DNA of 63,929 nucleotides, the filler included, from Octopus bimaculoides (taxonomy: Eukaryota), in assembly GCF_001194135.2 (NCBI RefSeq). It is 8 parts of 8 records of this genome, joined end to end, with 100 filler letters (N's around TTAATTAATTAA, not from the genome) between each part and the next. Parts side by side here need not be neighbours in the genome. Positions count along the whole stretch, not along the records: positions 22,495 to 35,929 come from NC_068983.1; positions 36,030 to 39,812 come from NC_068996.1; 6 more parts are not named here. One strand, 5' to 3'. The notes beneath the pieces were generated by a model. It did no database searches. It had not been told where the DNA came from and saw only the letters and a program-made list of their open reading frames with translations. A program made the position numbers and the translations under genes. The first letter of the stretch is position 1, and each line of letters starts with the position of its first letter. Of the stretch, positions 23,895 to 37,535 are shown piece after piece.

Positions 23895-24560
23895 TATAAT
23901 TATATATATCATTGCTGTTATGTTAAACTGCCGTATGTCCAAATTTGACCAAATGCGTTTTCAATATTTATTTTTGCTTGCAATGACTGGTTCTTTCCAT
24001 CAAACTGTCGTTATCACCGACTGCTTCAGATGCCAAGATATCAAAAACTGTCAAAGTGTAGTACAACGATTTTGCTATGGAATGGTGAAGCTATTTTCTA
24101 TTTTCCTCAAAAAGCAACGTTCGGTCTTACGACACTTTTGCATGATAGCAACGATATATATATTCTTTTATTCTTTTACTTGTTTTAGTCATTTCACTGC
24201 GGCCCTGCTGCAACACCGCCTTTAGTCGAACAAATCGACCTCAGGATTTATTCTTTGTAAGCCCAGTACTTATTCTCTCGGTGTATTTTGCCGAACCGCT
24301 AAGTTACGGGGACGTGAACACACCAGCATCGCTTGTCAAGCGATGCTGGTGAGACAAGCACAGACGCACAAATATTTACACACATACACACACACACATA
24401 GCGAGGGGCTTCTTTCAGTTTCCGTATATGAAATCCTCTCACAATTCTTTGGTCGGCCCGAGGTTATAGCAGAAGATACTGGCCCAAGGTGACCCGAATC
24501 GGGAATGAATCCCGAGCATGTGGTTGGGAAGCTAGCCTCTTAGTACACAGCCACCCTGCA

Positions 24561-24606
<46 letters not shown>

Positions 24607-25144
24607 TTGCAAACATTTTGGGAAAGGTAACATAGTGCCCCTGCAGAAAACTAAGTGGTCCTCATTTCGTTAACTTCAAGAGGGTGAAGAGCAGTTTGAG
24701 AATGATGGGAAAAGAATTCAGAACGTAACTTGATGAAATATTTGTTTCAAATCTGGGTAAAAACCACCAATTTCGTGGAAGAATGAGTCGATTATATAGA
24801 CTTCAGTACTCGACTGGTACTTGTTTTATCAACCCCGAAAAAAAAAAAAGATAATCAGCATGGTTTAGACTCAAAAGATAAAGAGAGATGAGACGCCGGT
24901 AAGCATGGTGCATGGTGTGTTAACAATTCTTCCAGCTCCCAGCTTTAAATGAGCCGTAGCATATTAATCATAAATAAAGGTCATACAAGAAAAATTTTGT
25001 TCGTCTTAAAAAAAACAATGGTCTGAGTTACCTACATAAGCCAGTATGTCAAGTGCATATTGTTTGCCTTGTGCCAAAATATGAAATCAATATATTAATG
25101 TTTCTTTTTTTTTTTTTCGTCCTGACTCGTTCACTGTTTCATAC

Positions 25145-25300
25145 CTTTAATACAGTAAGTACCATGCTAAAATTTGTTTCTCTTGGAACTTTCCCAATAT
25201 TCTTCTCTCTCCTGTATTCTGACTAACCTCACTGTTACTCTGTTGCTAAACAAGCACCAGTGAGTTGTTATAGCCAATCGCTATATACGACTATAAGAAC
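25145..25300 (-). promoter_or_regulatory. Possible promoter / first non-coding exon for the minus-strand gene
   Basis: Donor AAG|GTATGA at 25145/25144, CCAAT box (AGCCAATCG, 25272-80), two RGYAAC half-sites (GTTTAGCAACAGAGTAAC), near the CpG-poor/CpG-rich transition. Confidence 0.22.
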
Positions 25301-26795
25301 CTAGAGACAAAACAATTTTACCTCCCAAGGCTTCGTTATTAGGTAGTATAATTATATCGCTGCTTGGCGTGTCTTAATCCTTCCGCGCCTTGAACATTTG
25401 ACATTTAAACTTTAGATATAATGCTGGTGACATGATTTAAACTTTTCATCTTTGGGTCGGCTGTTGGGTGAATTATAGATTAAACACGTTTACAGAAATA
25501 ACTTTTACCCTGAGTCAAAAGATATAGGAATTTATCGAAGAAAATCTTTAATAGAAGGAATTTCAGTGCACACTGACACACAAAATTGCTTGTGTGTTAG
25601 CGCTACAACATAATGGAGTATTTGGCTTTGGGATAAGAGTTTACCTAGAACTAAGAAGAAATAAAAAGGAACTATATTATTATATTTTTCAATTTCTGTT
25701 AGGTTGTGATTTTGAATGAAAATAATTAGGTTTGATATATGTACGTACATGTATTTCTCGAAGAAATATCAAATATACTGGAAATAAGAGAATAGATACA
25801 GCTTCAATATTACCGAAAAAATTACCTTATTTGTCAATAAATTATAATCCATTTCGCGAGACCACGCATCCTATTGAAATATGATTTGATTTACAACTTC
25901 AAAACAAGCTATATTTCATCGCTCGCAACAAATAAATAAATTTGTGGATTTGCTAAGAGCACTACATCCTCACTTTCTCAAGATAATTTGTAGATGAAAA
26001 CGTAATATAAAATGATTGTATAACGAATAGCGTATGAGATGCGAAAATTCATCATTGTCATGCAGTATTATACTGTCTGTGAAATAAGCAACTACATATA
26101 ACGTATGTGGTTGAGTATGCCTGATATTGAAACTGCAGTTTATCATCTACACACAGACACACACACACACACGTGCACACGCCACGCACACACATGCATA
26201 CATAATATATACATACATACATATATGTATATATATATATATTCTTTAACTTGTTTCAGCCGTTTGACTGTGGCCATAATGGAGCGCCGCATTGACGAGT
26301 TTTTAGTCGAACAAATCTATCCTAGAGCTTATTCTTTAAGCCTAATACTTACTTTATCCGACCCTTTTGCCGAACCACTAAATTACGGTTCTCAAACGGT
26401 GATGGGAGGACAAAGAGATACAAAGTCACACACGCACGCGCGCGCACACATATATACGACAGGCTTCTTTCAGTTTCCGTCTACTAATTCCACTCAGAAG
26501 GTCGGCCCAAAGCTACAGTAGAAGACACTTGCACAAGATACCTCTCAGTGGAACTGATCCCAGGACCATGTGTTTGAGAAGCAAGTTTCTTACCACACAT
26601 ATATGTCTATACATTAGTTGTATTATGTATGTATGTATGTATGTATGTATGAATGCATCTATCTATCTATTTATCTATCTAGGAATATATGTACATATCT
26701 ATACATTCTGAATGAATCTTTCATGCATTAACATCTACATATTTATGCAATATATATATAAATATATTCTTATACACATGCTCGTGCGTACACAC

Positions 26796-26831
<36 letters not shown>

Positions 26832-27849
26832 TCCATTGCAGAGAAATAGATTTTGATATGTATTTCGGGTACACACACTTAATTTTAAAAAAAACGTGTA
26901 TCATATTAGCGGAGTTGTTTTATGCTTGAAATATTTCTATTTATTATTTCCCATCTGAGTAATTTTAGAACACGCAATTATAATTGTGTTATGACGAACT
27001 AGAAACTAAAAAGATATACTTAACAGATTTCGTTTTACCATATAATATATATATTTACTATATAAAAATAAATGTAACTTTGAAAGTCTTTAAATATAAC
27101 GTTTCATTCACATTTGTTTTGTGTATTCTCGAATTAAGCATCTTGCTTAAAATCCCAATGTTGTCATATGACTTTTGGCAACCACAAATTTTGGGATGTA
27201 ATTCTTTATTTTTACCCCTGTTCATCTTCTGAATATAGATAATTACATTTGGTACTATTTTCATGGGATTTCTCGTATTACACTGAAAAATCCAATAACT
27301 ACCCTCGTATCAAATACATATCAATCAACAATTGTTTGGCAAAAATCCCGCGAAACAGAAACTAAGTTTAATATTGCAATGCTAAAACAAGTTGCTGCCG
27401 TTACTTGAAGCATATCCATAATGGGAATTGTCGGACATGTAAAACACTATACTCTATTATTGCTCGAATAACACCTTTAATAAGAGCTGACAGGAGGGTT
27501 GAACAAAAACACACATTTCATCGCGACCCTATCACAAGGCAAAAATAGATTCTCAATTCTTTTAAATATCTTAGTTTGGAGAAGACAGGAATAGCCTTCA
27601 TTTTTGTAGATTCTCCAAAATTTATGACGCGAGTGTAGTTAATGATCAGTTTGAATTTCGACATATTGAAAAAGTCAGATGAAAAAGTGGACTATTGGGT
27701 AGTTCTGGATGTGTAGTTCGAATAAAAAGGGATTGGGTTAAGTAGAGCTTCGGCCGAGATACACGATAACTGATTTAATTCAGCACCTGACTGATAGGAG
27801 AGGTCGGTGGAATTCATTCTGTAACCAGAATTCTTCAGCGGTTTTACCT

Positions 27850-28330
27850 AGGCTTTCTTTCACCGTTCAGGCGTCCAATTGCGATGTAGTGTCCATCTTA
27901 GTGCCTGTACGCTGATAGCATTACCGTGTCATACATGAATTAAGAGACAGAAATTGGTAAAGAACAAGCTGAAGAGTCGTCGAGTCGTTGAGCCTTGTTT
28001 CCCAATTGCGAGGAGAGAATTTGAGAAATATGTTAACGGTAGAGATATTATAGATATTATAGATATTTCTCTACGCTGGAAGCCGATCCGAACCTGACAA
28101 ACTGATGCCGAATACCATTGTGCATTTATTTCGGAAATACCATTTTGACGAAGCAGCAGAAATAATAAAATAAAGTCGAGTTTTTGGGGAAGCTTGCACT
28201 CACTTTAAAGAGAATTTCTTCATAAGATTAATAACCACGTTTCGTAAACATGCAGAGAAGCCCTGACTGGCTGCCTGAAAGCAATTTTCACATTGGTGTA
28301 AAAAACTGAAAAGAATTCATATAAAATCGG
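27850..28330 (+). mobile_element. Highly decayed pogo-like transposase remnant
   Basis: Broken-frame segments ALFPNCEERI and TTFRKHAEKP..KQFSHW resemble the HTH-to-DDE linker of pogo transposases; weak. Confidence 0.3.
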
Positions 28331-28699
28331 CTAATTTTTTTTTATGTACGTCCTTTCCATATTTTTCGAAGATAGATAATTAACGAAAGTTAGTAAAAAG
28401 AACGTAAATGGTGAAAATGACATAGGATAACAACATCTTTTTATGGAATATTCAGGAGAATTCAATTAGAAATAATGTTTTCCGATTACTGGTTTTATAG
28501 AATTATATAAAGGCCGAAACCCTACTCATATATATATAANNNNNNNNNNNNNNNNNNNNNNNNNNNNNNNNNNNNNNNNNNNNNNNNNNNNNNNNNNNNN
28601 NNNNNNNNNNNNNNNNNNNNNNNNNNNNNNNNNNNNNNNNNNNNNNNNNNNNNNNNNNNNNNNNNNNNNNNNNNNNNNNNNNNNNNNNNNNNNNNNNNN

Positions 28700-28731
<32 letters not shown>

Positions 28732-30869
28732 GTAAGTGTATACATACACACATGCATATATGTATATACACACACATAATTTATACTTCGTTCTCATAAA
28801 CTTCAATTCGTATTTGAAGCGTGCACATATTTTACATTTTTGTGAGAAACACAAATTCCTCATACTGTTTCTCTCACATTGTAAAATAGTTTCAAGAACT
28901 GAAGTTGCTGACAGTTAATATAGTATTATTAAAATCGATAACGTAGGCTAAAATAATGGATTTGCTTCATTTCCTCGGGAAATCAAGTAAATGTAATACG
29001 AAAGTATAATTATAAAAAACAAGCATTTATTATTCAGATGAAAGGAATAAGAAAGAAAGTGACAAAGTGACAAAGTATGTATGTTATTGAAGTGGATTTT
29101 TGAATAAAAATTTAAGAAAATAAGCGTTTTCCTTCGTACTGGAGCTATATCAATTGAATAAGTTTCGTTCAGGATATTCTGCATTTTAAATTCTGCTTTC
29201 CTTTTTGTAATATTCTGCAAGCATGTATACACACGTACGCACGCACACATGTACTCACATGTATATGCATACACATACACTCCCAAATACACAGTACACG
29301 AATGTTGGCGTGTGAGTGTTTTTAACAGTGTGTGTGTCTGTGTGCTAGTGTGTGCTAATAAGCTGAATAGCTATTAGTCTATCCTTGCCATCATTTTTGA
29401 GTAATATATATACATTTCTTTCCGTGGTAATTGAAAATCAGTTTATTATATCCCTTTCATTAACATGGAGAAGGAGTTTCTATTTGAACTTAATTCCACT
29501 TCTTTAGATATAACGGAAAAAGTATCACCCTTGCTATAGTATAATTTAGCCTGCAATTCTTTATAGATACGTAATGCATTGTACTTCATTTTTTCTCATT
29601 TTTTTGTTTATCCCGTTTGTCCCCCAACTCATATCGTCAAATTTTATAGAGTATACTAGAATGTATACCAAACTCTTTAACTATCAACCAATTCAAATTT
29701 CCATTCAAAATTTTGAAGAAAAATAGGCTCAACTATATAGAAAAGGAGCGAATACGAAAGCAGTAGGAAGATGATAATTAATGATGATTGATGCAAACTT
29801 ATACATCATAGGACACGAAGGAAAGAAAAAAGAATGAGTATGAAAATTGAATCGATGACTTACGCGAACTCCACAACCAGATGTCATTAAAGAACCATTT
29901 ATTTACTGGGAATGGATTAATTTTTGGCAGTAAAAATGTCCCTAGAGTACTGAGCCCTGAAGTGAAAGAAATTTATTCAGTCTTTTAAGAGAATTTTCAA
30001 GGCAAAATAGTTTAAGCTAAAATCATCATATCAGTGAAATTCTCCAATCATATACGAATCACACACACACACACACACATACACACACATACACACACAC
30101 ATGTATGACAACATGACATGTATGCGTGTATATGAATAACAACTAATAATTACTGAGATATCAATATTTTAGGTTTTCAATATTTCGTGTGCATATGGCT
30201 GACAGAGTAAATATATGCATATATATNNNNNNNNNNNNNNNNNNNNNNNNNNNNNNNNNNNNNNNNNNNNNNNNNNNNNNNNNNNNNNNNNNNNNNNNNN
30301 NNNNNNNNNNNNNNNNNNNNNNNNNNNNNNNNNNNNNNNNNNNNNNNNNNNNNNNNNNNNNNNNNNNNNNNNNNNNNNNNNNNNNNNNNNNNNNNNNNNN
30401 NNNNNNNNNNNNNNNNNNNNNNNNNNNNNNNNNNNNNNNNNNNNNNNNNNNNNNNNNNNNNNNNNNNNNNNNNNNNNNNNNNNNNNNNNNNNNNNNNNNN
30501 NNNNNNNNNNNNNNNNNNNNNNNNNNNNNNNNNNNNNNNNNNNNNNNNNNNNNNNNNNNNNATAGATAGATAGATAGATAGATAGATATAGATATACATA
30601 CATACATACATACATAAAGCAAAACAAAGGAAAAAAAGAAATAAATATTTCTTCATTAGCATTTTATCACCAATATTAACATTTGGAAGGTGGCGTGATG
30701 CGTCTTAAAATACCGTTCACCAGTATGTAATCGATGATCGAATATATCCGAAAGCTACTCCCGGAAAGTAAAATATACATATGCACAAATATTAATACAT
30801 ACATGCATACACTCATATTGCATACAAAGAAACATACATATCCCACACGCATATATATATTATTTCTCG

Positions 30870-31078
30870 TTGCTTCAGTCCACTCAGCTGGGAAAAATGA
30901 GTAGTACGTGTATTTCAAAGTGTCAGCCTTGTTACACTCTGTGTCACGCTGCACCGCCCCGAAAACTACGTTAAGAGTACACGTGTCTGTGGACTGCTCA
31001 GCCACATGCACATTACTTTCACGAGCTGGCTGTTCCATTGATCGTATCGATCAACTAGAACCCTCGTCGTCGTAACCG
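30870..31078 (+). mobile_element. SINE with Nin/Deu-type central domain; fuller copy with tRNA-like head at about 59448-59820 (-)
   Basis: TGTCACGCTG..GTACACGTGTCTGTGGA.TGCTCAGCCAC.TGCAC.TTA.TTTCACGAGC.GGCTGTTCC.TTGATCG; the 59.8-kb copy starts GGAGGCGCAATGGCCCAGTGGTTAGGGCAGCGG (A-box-like). Confidence 0.6.
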
Positions 31079-31369
31079 NNNNNNNNNNCCACGATGTTTG
31101 AACCTTTGTGAACTTTTTTGAACTTTCTGTTTTTTCTTAGTCCTTTTTTCTTACTCTTAATGCGTACGTTGTCACTTTGCCTCTCTCTCTCCCTCTCCCT
31201 TTGTTTTCCTTTTCGTCTTTTCTTTTCTTTTCTTCTCCTTTTCTCTCCGTTTCTTCTTTTTTCCTTTTTCTTTCACTTTTTATATTTTTCTTCTGCCTTT
31301 TGAATTTTCTTCTTCTCACACCTTTTGGATTTTTTAAACTTTCCTTCTCCACCTTCACCACCGCCTAAA

Positions 31370-34300
31370 GAAATACCTTTACACACTCCCTTTCCGCTGC
31401 TTTCAACTTTTCTATTAATCTTTCCTTACTAAATTTCCAAAAAACACGGTTCTCTAGCCACGTTCCATTTCTCAGTCGCTGCCTTCTCCACCGCCTCATC
31501 CCCAAAGGTTTCCGCCTCCGTTTCAATCCTACTTTCCACTCTGCATCAGCTATCCTACCCATACTCCGTACTACTTCCTACCGCCTTATGCGTGCCACTA
31601 TTCGTACCAGTCTCTCCAAAATACACACTATCGACCGTCTTCTTCCTCTCACTTCTTCCATCTTTTTCTCCTCTTTTACCCCTTCCTATGCATACTCTAC
31701 TCGACGCTACATAATCGATTTATATCATATCTTCCATGAGTTTCTCGCTCGCACTTAACAACATAAACTCCACTCACTCCTCCATTCCGTCACACCCGAT
31801 TCCATTACCCCACCCTCCTAGATACGCTTTCCTCTAATCCTCATCCCAACCCTTCCGTCACTCGAACCCTCACACACTTACCCCTCCTCTATCTTCTCCC
31901 ACCCTTTCACTACCCCACCACCCTCCGACATCTAACCCATCCACCCCTCCTCACTTCAGTCTTTTGTTACCATTCCTGATCTTCCCCTTTTGAGGCGGAG
32001 CGCTCTCTTCGCAGTAGGAGTCTGTCCTTCATCTCCATCACTCCATCACTCCATCCAGTAACGAATTTCAGACCCGTGCTGATATTCATAGCCTTGTGCG
32101 CCGTGTCAGGCTATATGCACTATTGCACAACACTCCACCATCTAACGAAGAGGACTGCTTCACCGATTTGGACTGCCGACCATGCTACTGGACGCCGCTC
32201 TTGGCCAGTTTCAAGCAGTCGATGAATTTGCGGGCGTCTGTCGACGTGTTGTAGACCGGTTTAACTTTCGCAAGCTTCCCCGACACCTGAACATCTCCCC
32301 AGCCGAACTCACGGACCTTCGATGTCTCCGACGCTGCAAAGACATTATCATAATACCGGCCGACAAAGGTGAGCCGTGGTGGTGTAGGATGCATACCTTT
32401 ATAAGGATGAAGCTCTACAACAACTTCAAGACACCTCCTTCTATTTCCCTCTCCCCTCAAACCCCACACCTAGCTACCAACAGGCTATGTCCTCCACTAT
32501 CCATAACCTCATCTCCTCCTCCAGTAACCCTCCCACCGCCTCCAAACTTATTGTCCGTACTCCTCGCACCCCTACCATTTACTTCCACAAATCCACAAAC
32601 CTAAAAACTCTGGCCGCCTTGTCGTATCCACCTGTAACTGCCCCACGGAATTGATCTCTAAATACCTCGACCATGTCCTTGCCCCCTTAGTGGCTTCCCT
32701 CCCCTCACACAGCCACGTCACTAACCATGCTCTTCGTCTTTTCAACTCTTTCTCCTTCCCTCCTGACCCCTCTAAACTTCCCTTCATTCTTTATATCAAG
32801 AGACTATATACTGTGATCCCACACCACGAAGGACTTCTTGCCCTCAAACGCTTCCTAAATTTTCGACCCAACCCTCAACCTGACACGTCCACACTTCTTC
32901 GTCTGGCCGAACTTGTTCTCTTCCTCAACTACTTCTCGTTCGCGGGGGAGTTTTACCAACAGTTCTCGGGAGTGTCCCTGGGAACAAGAATGGATCCCAA
33001 CTATGCGAACCTGTTCGTTGGCTACGTTGAGGTCCAAATATTTTCAAGATTCGCTAGTTCCACTCCTGAACTATGCGGTCGTTATATTGATAACTGTATC
33101 GATGCGACCTCACTCTCCCGCGAACAACTAGACTCCTTCCTCTCTGTTGTCCAATCCTTCCATCCTGCCCTCGAATTCTCCTGCACAATTTCAAACACTT
33201 CCGTCGCCTTTCTCGACATGTCGATCAAAATTCATAACTCTGCTCTCATTACCTCCTTCCACTACAAACACACCGACTCACATTCATACATCAACTTCTC
33301 CTCCTCCCAACCCTACCCACACCAAGCTCTCCATCTCCTGCTCCCAATTCCTCCGTCTGCGTAGGCTCTGCAGTGACAACCACGACTTTAAGACTTAACT
33401 TATGGCTCACCACTTCATCCTACGTGGATATCCCCTCACAACTATCCACACCGCCCTTGCCAGAGCACTTCCGTGGACCATGACTCTGCTCTCTCCTCGC
33501 ACCCATCCTGCTGTTGCCCGTCTTCTGTTTCCCTTCACCTACCACTCCTCCACTCCACCCCTCCAACGCGCCATTTTCCGAGCCTTCCAGCGACTCCAGG
33601 CCGATCCCTCCACTTCGCACATCTTCCCCAACCTACCCCATCCTTCCTTCAAACGAGCCCACAACCTACGTGACCTCCTAGTCCACAGTTTCTTTCCTAA
33701 TCCCACCTCTCAAACTGGCTCGTTCACCTGCTCCCGCCCACGCTGCCGCACTTGCCCCTACCTCTCCAGCACCACCATCCTCACAGACACTCATCATCTT
33801 CCCTATCATATCACTGACTCCTTCACATGCACTTCTAGCAACGTCATTTACTGCATCTCCTGCTCTCTCTGTCCTTCTCTATACATTGGTCCAACGGGAC
33901 GCCGCTTGGTTGACCGGTTCACGGTGCACTCCGAAACATTGGACTCAGCAATGACATCCCGGTCTCGCACCATTCCCGCTCTGTCGGTCATTCATTACAA
34001 CCCCTGTCTGTATTCGGATTGTCTTTGCACAGGGGCCATCCGGATTCCCGCCTTCACCGTGAATAGGAATTAATCTTCTCTCTTCGCTTCTTTGTGCCAC
34101 AAGGGTTGGAATCCCCTCCCTCCTCTCCTCTCTTCATTTGACACCTACTTCCTCTCTTCGCTCCTACCCAACTCCCATCTCTGCTCTTGCCCTGACACCT
34201 ACTTTCCACCCCACACATCTCACTCCTAACCCCACATACCACACTCCTACCCCATAACCTCACCCCAAACCCACACCCCTCACCACTCCGCACACACTAG

Positions 34301-34700
34301 CACTGACAACTTTCCAGCACCCACACCATCATCCACACACCCACGCATTACAGACACACACACTTTCACACGCACACGTCCATACGTGAAAGTCACCATC
34401 CCCTGTCCACACGCACACACACACTCTTACACACACTTACGCACACGCACCTTCATTTTGGGATCACCAATACTTTATTATCTCCTCTTCTTCCTAGCTC
34501 TCTTGTCTAACTACCTTTGTCCAGCCAGTCACCATGATTGACTGCTAACTCGAAAAGTTTTTTTTTTATTCTCTCTCTCTCTTTATTTCTTTGTGTTCCC
34601 TTCTGTTGAAGAGCGTAGGCTCGAAACGTAAAAGACTTTCTCACCTTCCTGAACGTCAACCTAACACACCTACTTTTTGTTTATACACTTGTCTTCGTCT
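31370..34700 (+). mobile_element. Near full-length Penelope-like element (Neptune-type: RT + Cys-rich linker + GIY-YIG), pseudogenised, with pLTR
   Basis: FLSRCLLHRLIPKGFRLRF; IIIPADKG; LYTVIPHHEGL; G...GTRM.PNYANLFVG; RYIDN; FLD; CSRPRCRTC; FTCTSSNVIYCISCSLC..LYIG; pyrimidine-rich sense strand; hammerhead-like motif at the 3' end. Confidence 0.92.
34601..34635 (+). ncRNA. Minimal hammerhead motif in the PLE pLTR (C3>U)
   Basis: TTGAAGA-GCGTAGGCTC-GAAACGTA-AAAGA: minimal stem II, palindromic ACGT stem III, GUA site; stem I is weak. Confidence 0.55.
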
Positions 34701-35171
34701 TTTGCTATATATATATATATATATAGATAGATAGATAGATAGATAGATGTATATATATTTTGAAAAAGCTGTTATTGAGTTCAAAGTTTCGCCAAACTTT
34801 ACTTATCAAACTGTATTGTAGTAAGAGAATATATCAATAGAAGTGCCTTTAAAATGTATAAAGTAAAGGTTGAATCAATTGTAGTGAGCGGAGTAGAACA
34901 TGCGAAAAGGCTGAAAGGATATAGATATGACTATAATTTGGTTATAGTCAATATAAAATAAAAGGGTGGATGAACATAACGATGACTAAAAATGAGATCA
35001 AGGTTGATTCAGTGAATGTATATGCAGGAGATATTTAATGTACAATAGATTAAACTGATTATTCTAGCGGTTGAACAGCATGAAATAACAGTGTTCGTTG
35101 GCGAAACAGGATATATGTATGCATGTACGCATCTAAGTATGCATGTATGCCTTATATACTATCATATATAC

Positions 35172-35174
<3 letters not shown>

Positions 35175-35232
<58 letters not shown>

Positions 35233-35402
35233 ACATATACATAGATGCACACGTATATGTGTGATGCAAATATCGAGAGAGATAGAGACGAGAGCAGCGA
35301 CAGGGAGAGAGAGAAGAGAGAGAAGGAGAGAGAGGAAGAAAGGCAGAGGGAGAAAGAGAGAAAGAGAGAGAAAGAGAGAAAGAGATAGAAAGAGAGAAAT
35401 AG

Positions 35403-35437
<35 letters not shown>

Positions 35438-35467
35438 GAAGAGAGAAAGAGAGAGAAAGAGAGAAAA

Positions 35468-35516
<49 letters not shown>

Positions 35517-35557
35517 AAGAGAGAAAGAGAGAGAGAAATAGAAAGAGAGAGAGAAAT

Positions 35558-35595
<38 letters not shown>

Positions 35596-35605
35596 TGAGA
35601 GAGAG
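35175..35605. repeat. Large (TG)n plus GA-rich simple repeat; representative of many microsatellites (e.g. 3520-3598, 5134-5222, 13965-14022, 16728-16779, 41717-41802, 46565-46634, 63260-63620)
   Basis: Directly visible di-, tri- and tetranucleotide arrays. Confidence 0.95.
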
Positions 35606-35813
35606 AAAATGACTGTAATAGAAGTATAAAACAAAACGTCGCGCTACTTATGAGTACAATATATTTGTGAATTTGGAGCAAAAGTTTACAAGGTTATATT
35701 AGTACTCAGTCTTTCACTATTACTTGTCCGTCAAGTAATAGTCAATATATATACATGTATATGTATGTATGTATGCATGTATGCATGCATGCATGTATGT
35801 ATGTATGTATATA

Positions 35814-35845
<32 letters not shown>

Positions 35846-36719
35846 AATTGTAAATCCAAAAAATAACAACAAAACTACAAAGGATTCCGCGGTACACGTG
35901 TTTCAAGCTTTATATGTGTATAATATAATNNNNNNNNNNNNNNNNNNNNNNNNNNNNNNNNNNNNNNNNNNNNTTAATTAATTAANNNNNNNNNNNNNNN
36001 NNNNNNNNNNNNNNNNNNNNNNNNNNNNNTATATATATAAACAAGACAAAAAAGGGTACAAGAATGTAACAGGCAACAACAAAACATCCAGACAGTTAGA
36101 CGATACAAAGAAAGACAGGAAAAGACAAGGACGTTTCATTTGGAGTTTCTATCTTTAGTCGAGTTCCAGATCATCCCTGCAGTTTCGGCCGGTTACACTC
36201 GAGACTGCTCCAATCTGGCAGGCCCCAAGAAAATCTAAGAGCACTAGATTCTTTGCAAGTAAGCAAGCGGTGTGTGTATATATGTATTAATGTTTATATC
36301 ATAAGTATATAATATAGCTATATGTTAATGCATACAAACATAAACATATATGCATAAACACACACACACGTGGTTTTCGTGTAAAACAAAACAACACGTT
36401 AGTATAGCTGGGCGTATCCTCCATTTCGACCGACCGAGTTTTCTGTTATGAAAAGAGAGATCTATCATTAATTAGCCTGACTCATATCCGCGTGAAGCAC
36501 AAAATTAAAATGAATATTAGATAATAAGTTTGTTCTTATGGTGTCATAACAGGCATAGGTTTTGAAACTACGTAGTTCCTCTTCAGTCCCACTACACGAC
36601 ACCTTGGGCAAGGGTTTTTCACTAAAGCCCCGGCTGACCAATGTCTTGTGCGTGAATGTCGTAGTCGCTAACTGAAAAACCGTTGCATGCGCGCGCGTCT
36701 TTATTCAGTTCTATTTCAA

Positions 36720-37504
36720 AATTTCTTGCTAATAGAGGAAGAGCCGATTTCTAACCTAGATACAGGGCTTCTTCATTGGAATTTCAACAACATCAACAGG
36801 GTATTTGTGTATGTATGCGTGTATATGTGCAGTATTTGGAGTCAGTACATGTGCATATTTGTATGCTTTATTTTATGTACGTATTCTCATTTGCATGTCT
36901 AGACATGTGCATATATACTTAAATGATAAACTTCTGGAAAGTTTTACAAATATTTACAGTTCCAGTGATGGACTGGATTTGTAATCTTCGAATGAGCTTT
37001 CTCTTTTCTGGTTTTGAGAAGCCTAATTTCTCAAGATTGGTATTTAAGCAGTGTGTTACATATCCCAGTGTCCAATAATTACAGGTATAAACCTGAACTT
37101 GTAATCTGGGTAGAGTAACTGTAGATTTCTCAATCGTTCAGCGTAGGTATTTTCCCTTTCGCTGACCTTTCGCCTTATGTTACCACCCGCTGGGCAGCTG
37201 ACTTCCACAACTGTACACAGTTTCTCTTCTCTTTTCTACATCACCATGTCAAGTCTATCGCGTTTACATTCTACTGAGGTTTTCACTGGGATATTCCACC
37301 AGTACTATTTCTTCTTATTACGAGTTGTTTTGGCTTCTACCATACCGTGCGTTCTTATTTTTGTGGCCTCAGAGTTATTCTTACGAGGGATCTCATTATA
37401 CAGTCTCCTGGCCACATCATGTCTTAGATAATATCGCGATCCCATTTTTGAGCAACTGCTTATGATATGGGTGATATCTTCGGTATTAACTCTACTAAGT
37501 CCAC

Positions 37505-37535
<31 letters not shown>

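Noticed and set aside
27810-27838. Minus-strand CTGAAGA + 6-bp hairpin + GAAT
   Set aside because: It lacks A15.1, stem III and a cleavage triplet; probably a chance hairpin.
35133-35681. Long ORFs such as poly-SL, poly-RE, poly-HT, poly-YI and X-filled ORFs throughout the ORF track
   Set aside because: They are translations of microsatellites or N gaps.
36170-36225. Minus-strand ...CCGGCC-GAAACTGCAG hammerhead-like remnant
   Set aside because: The CUGANGA core and stem I are not recoverable in this copy; at best a dead pLTR relic.
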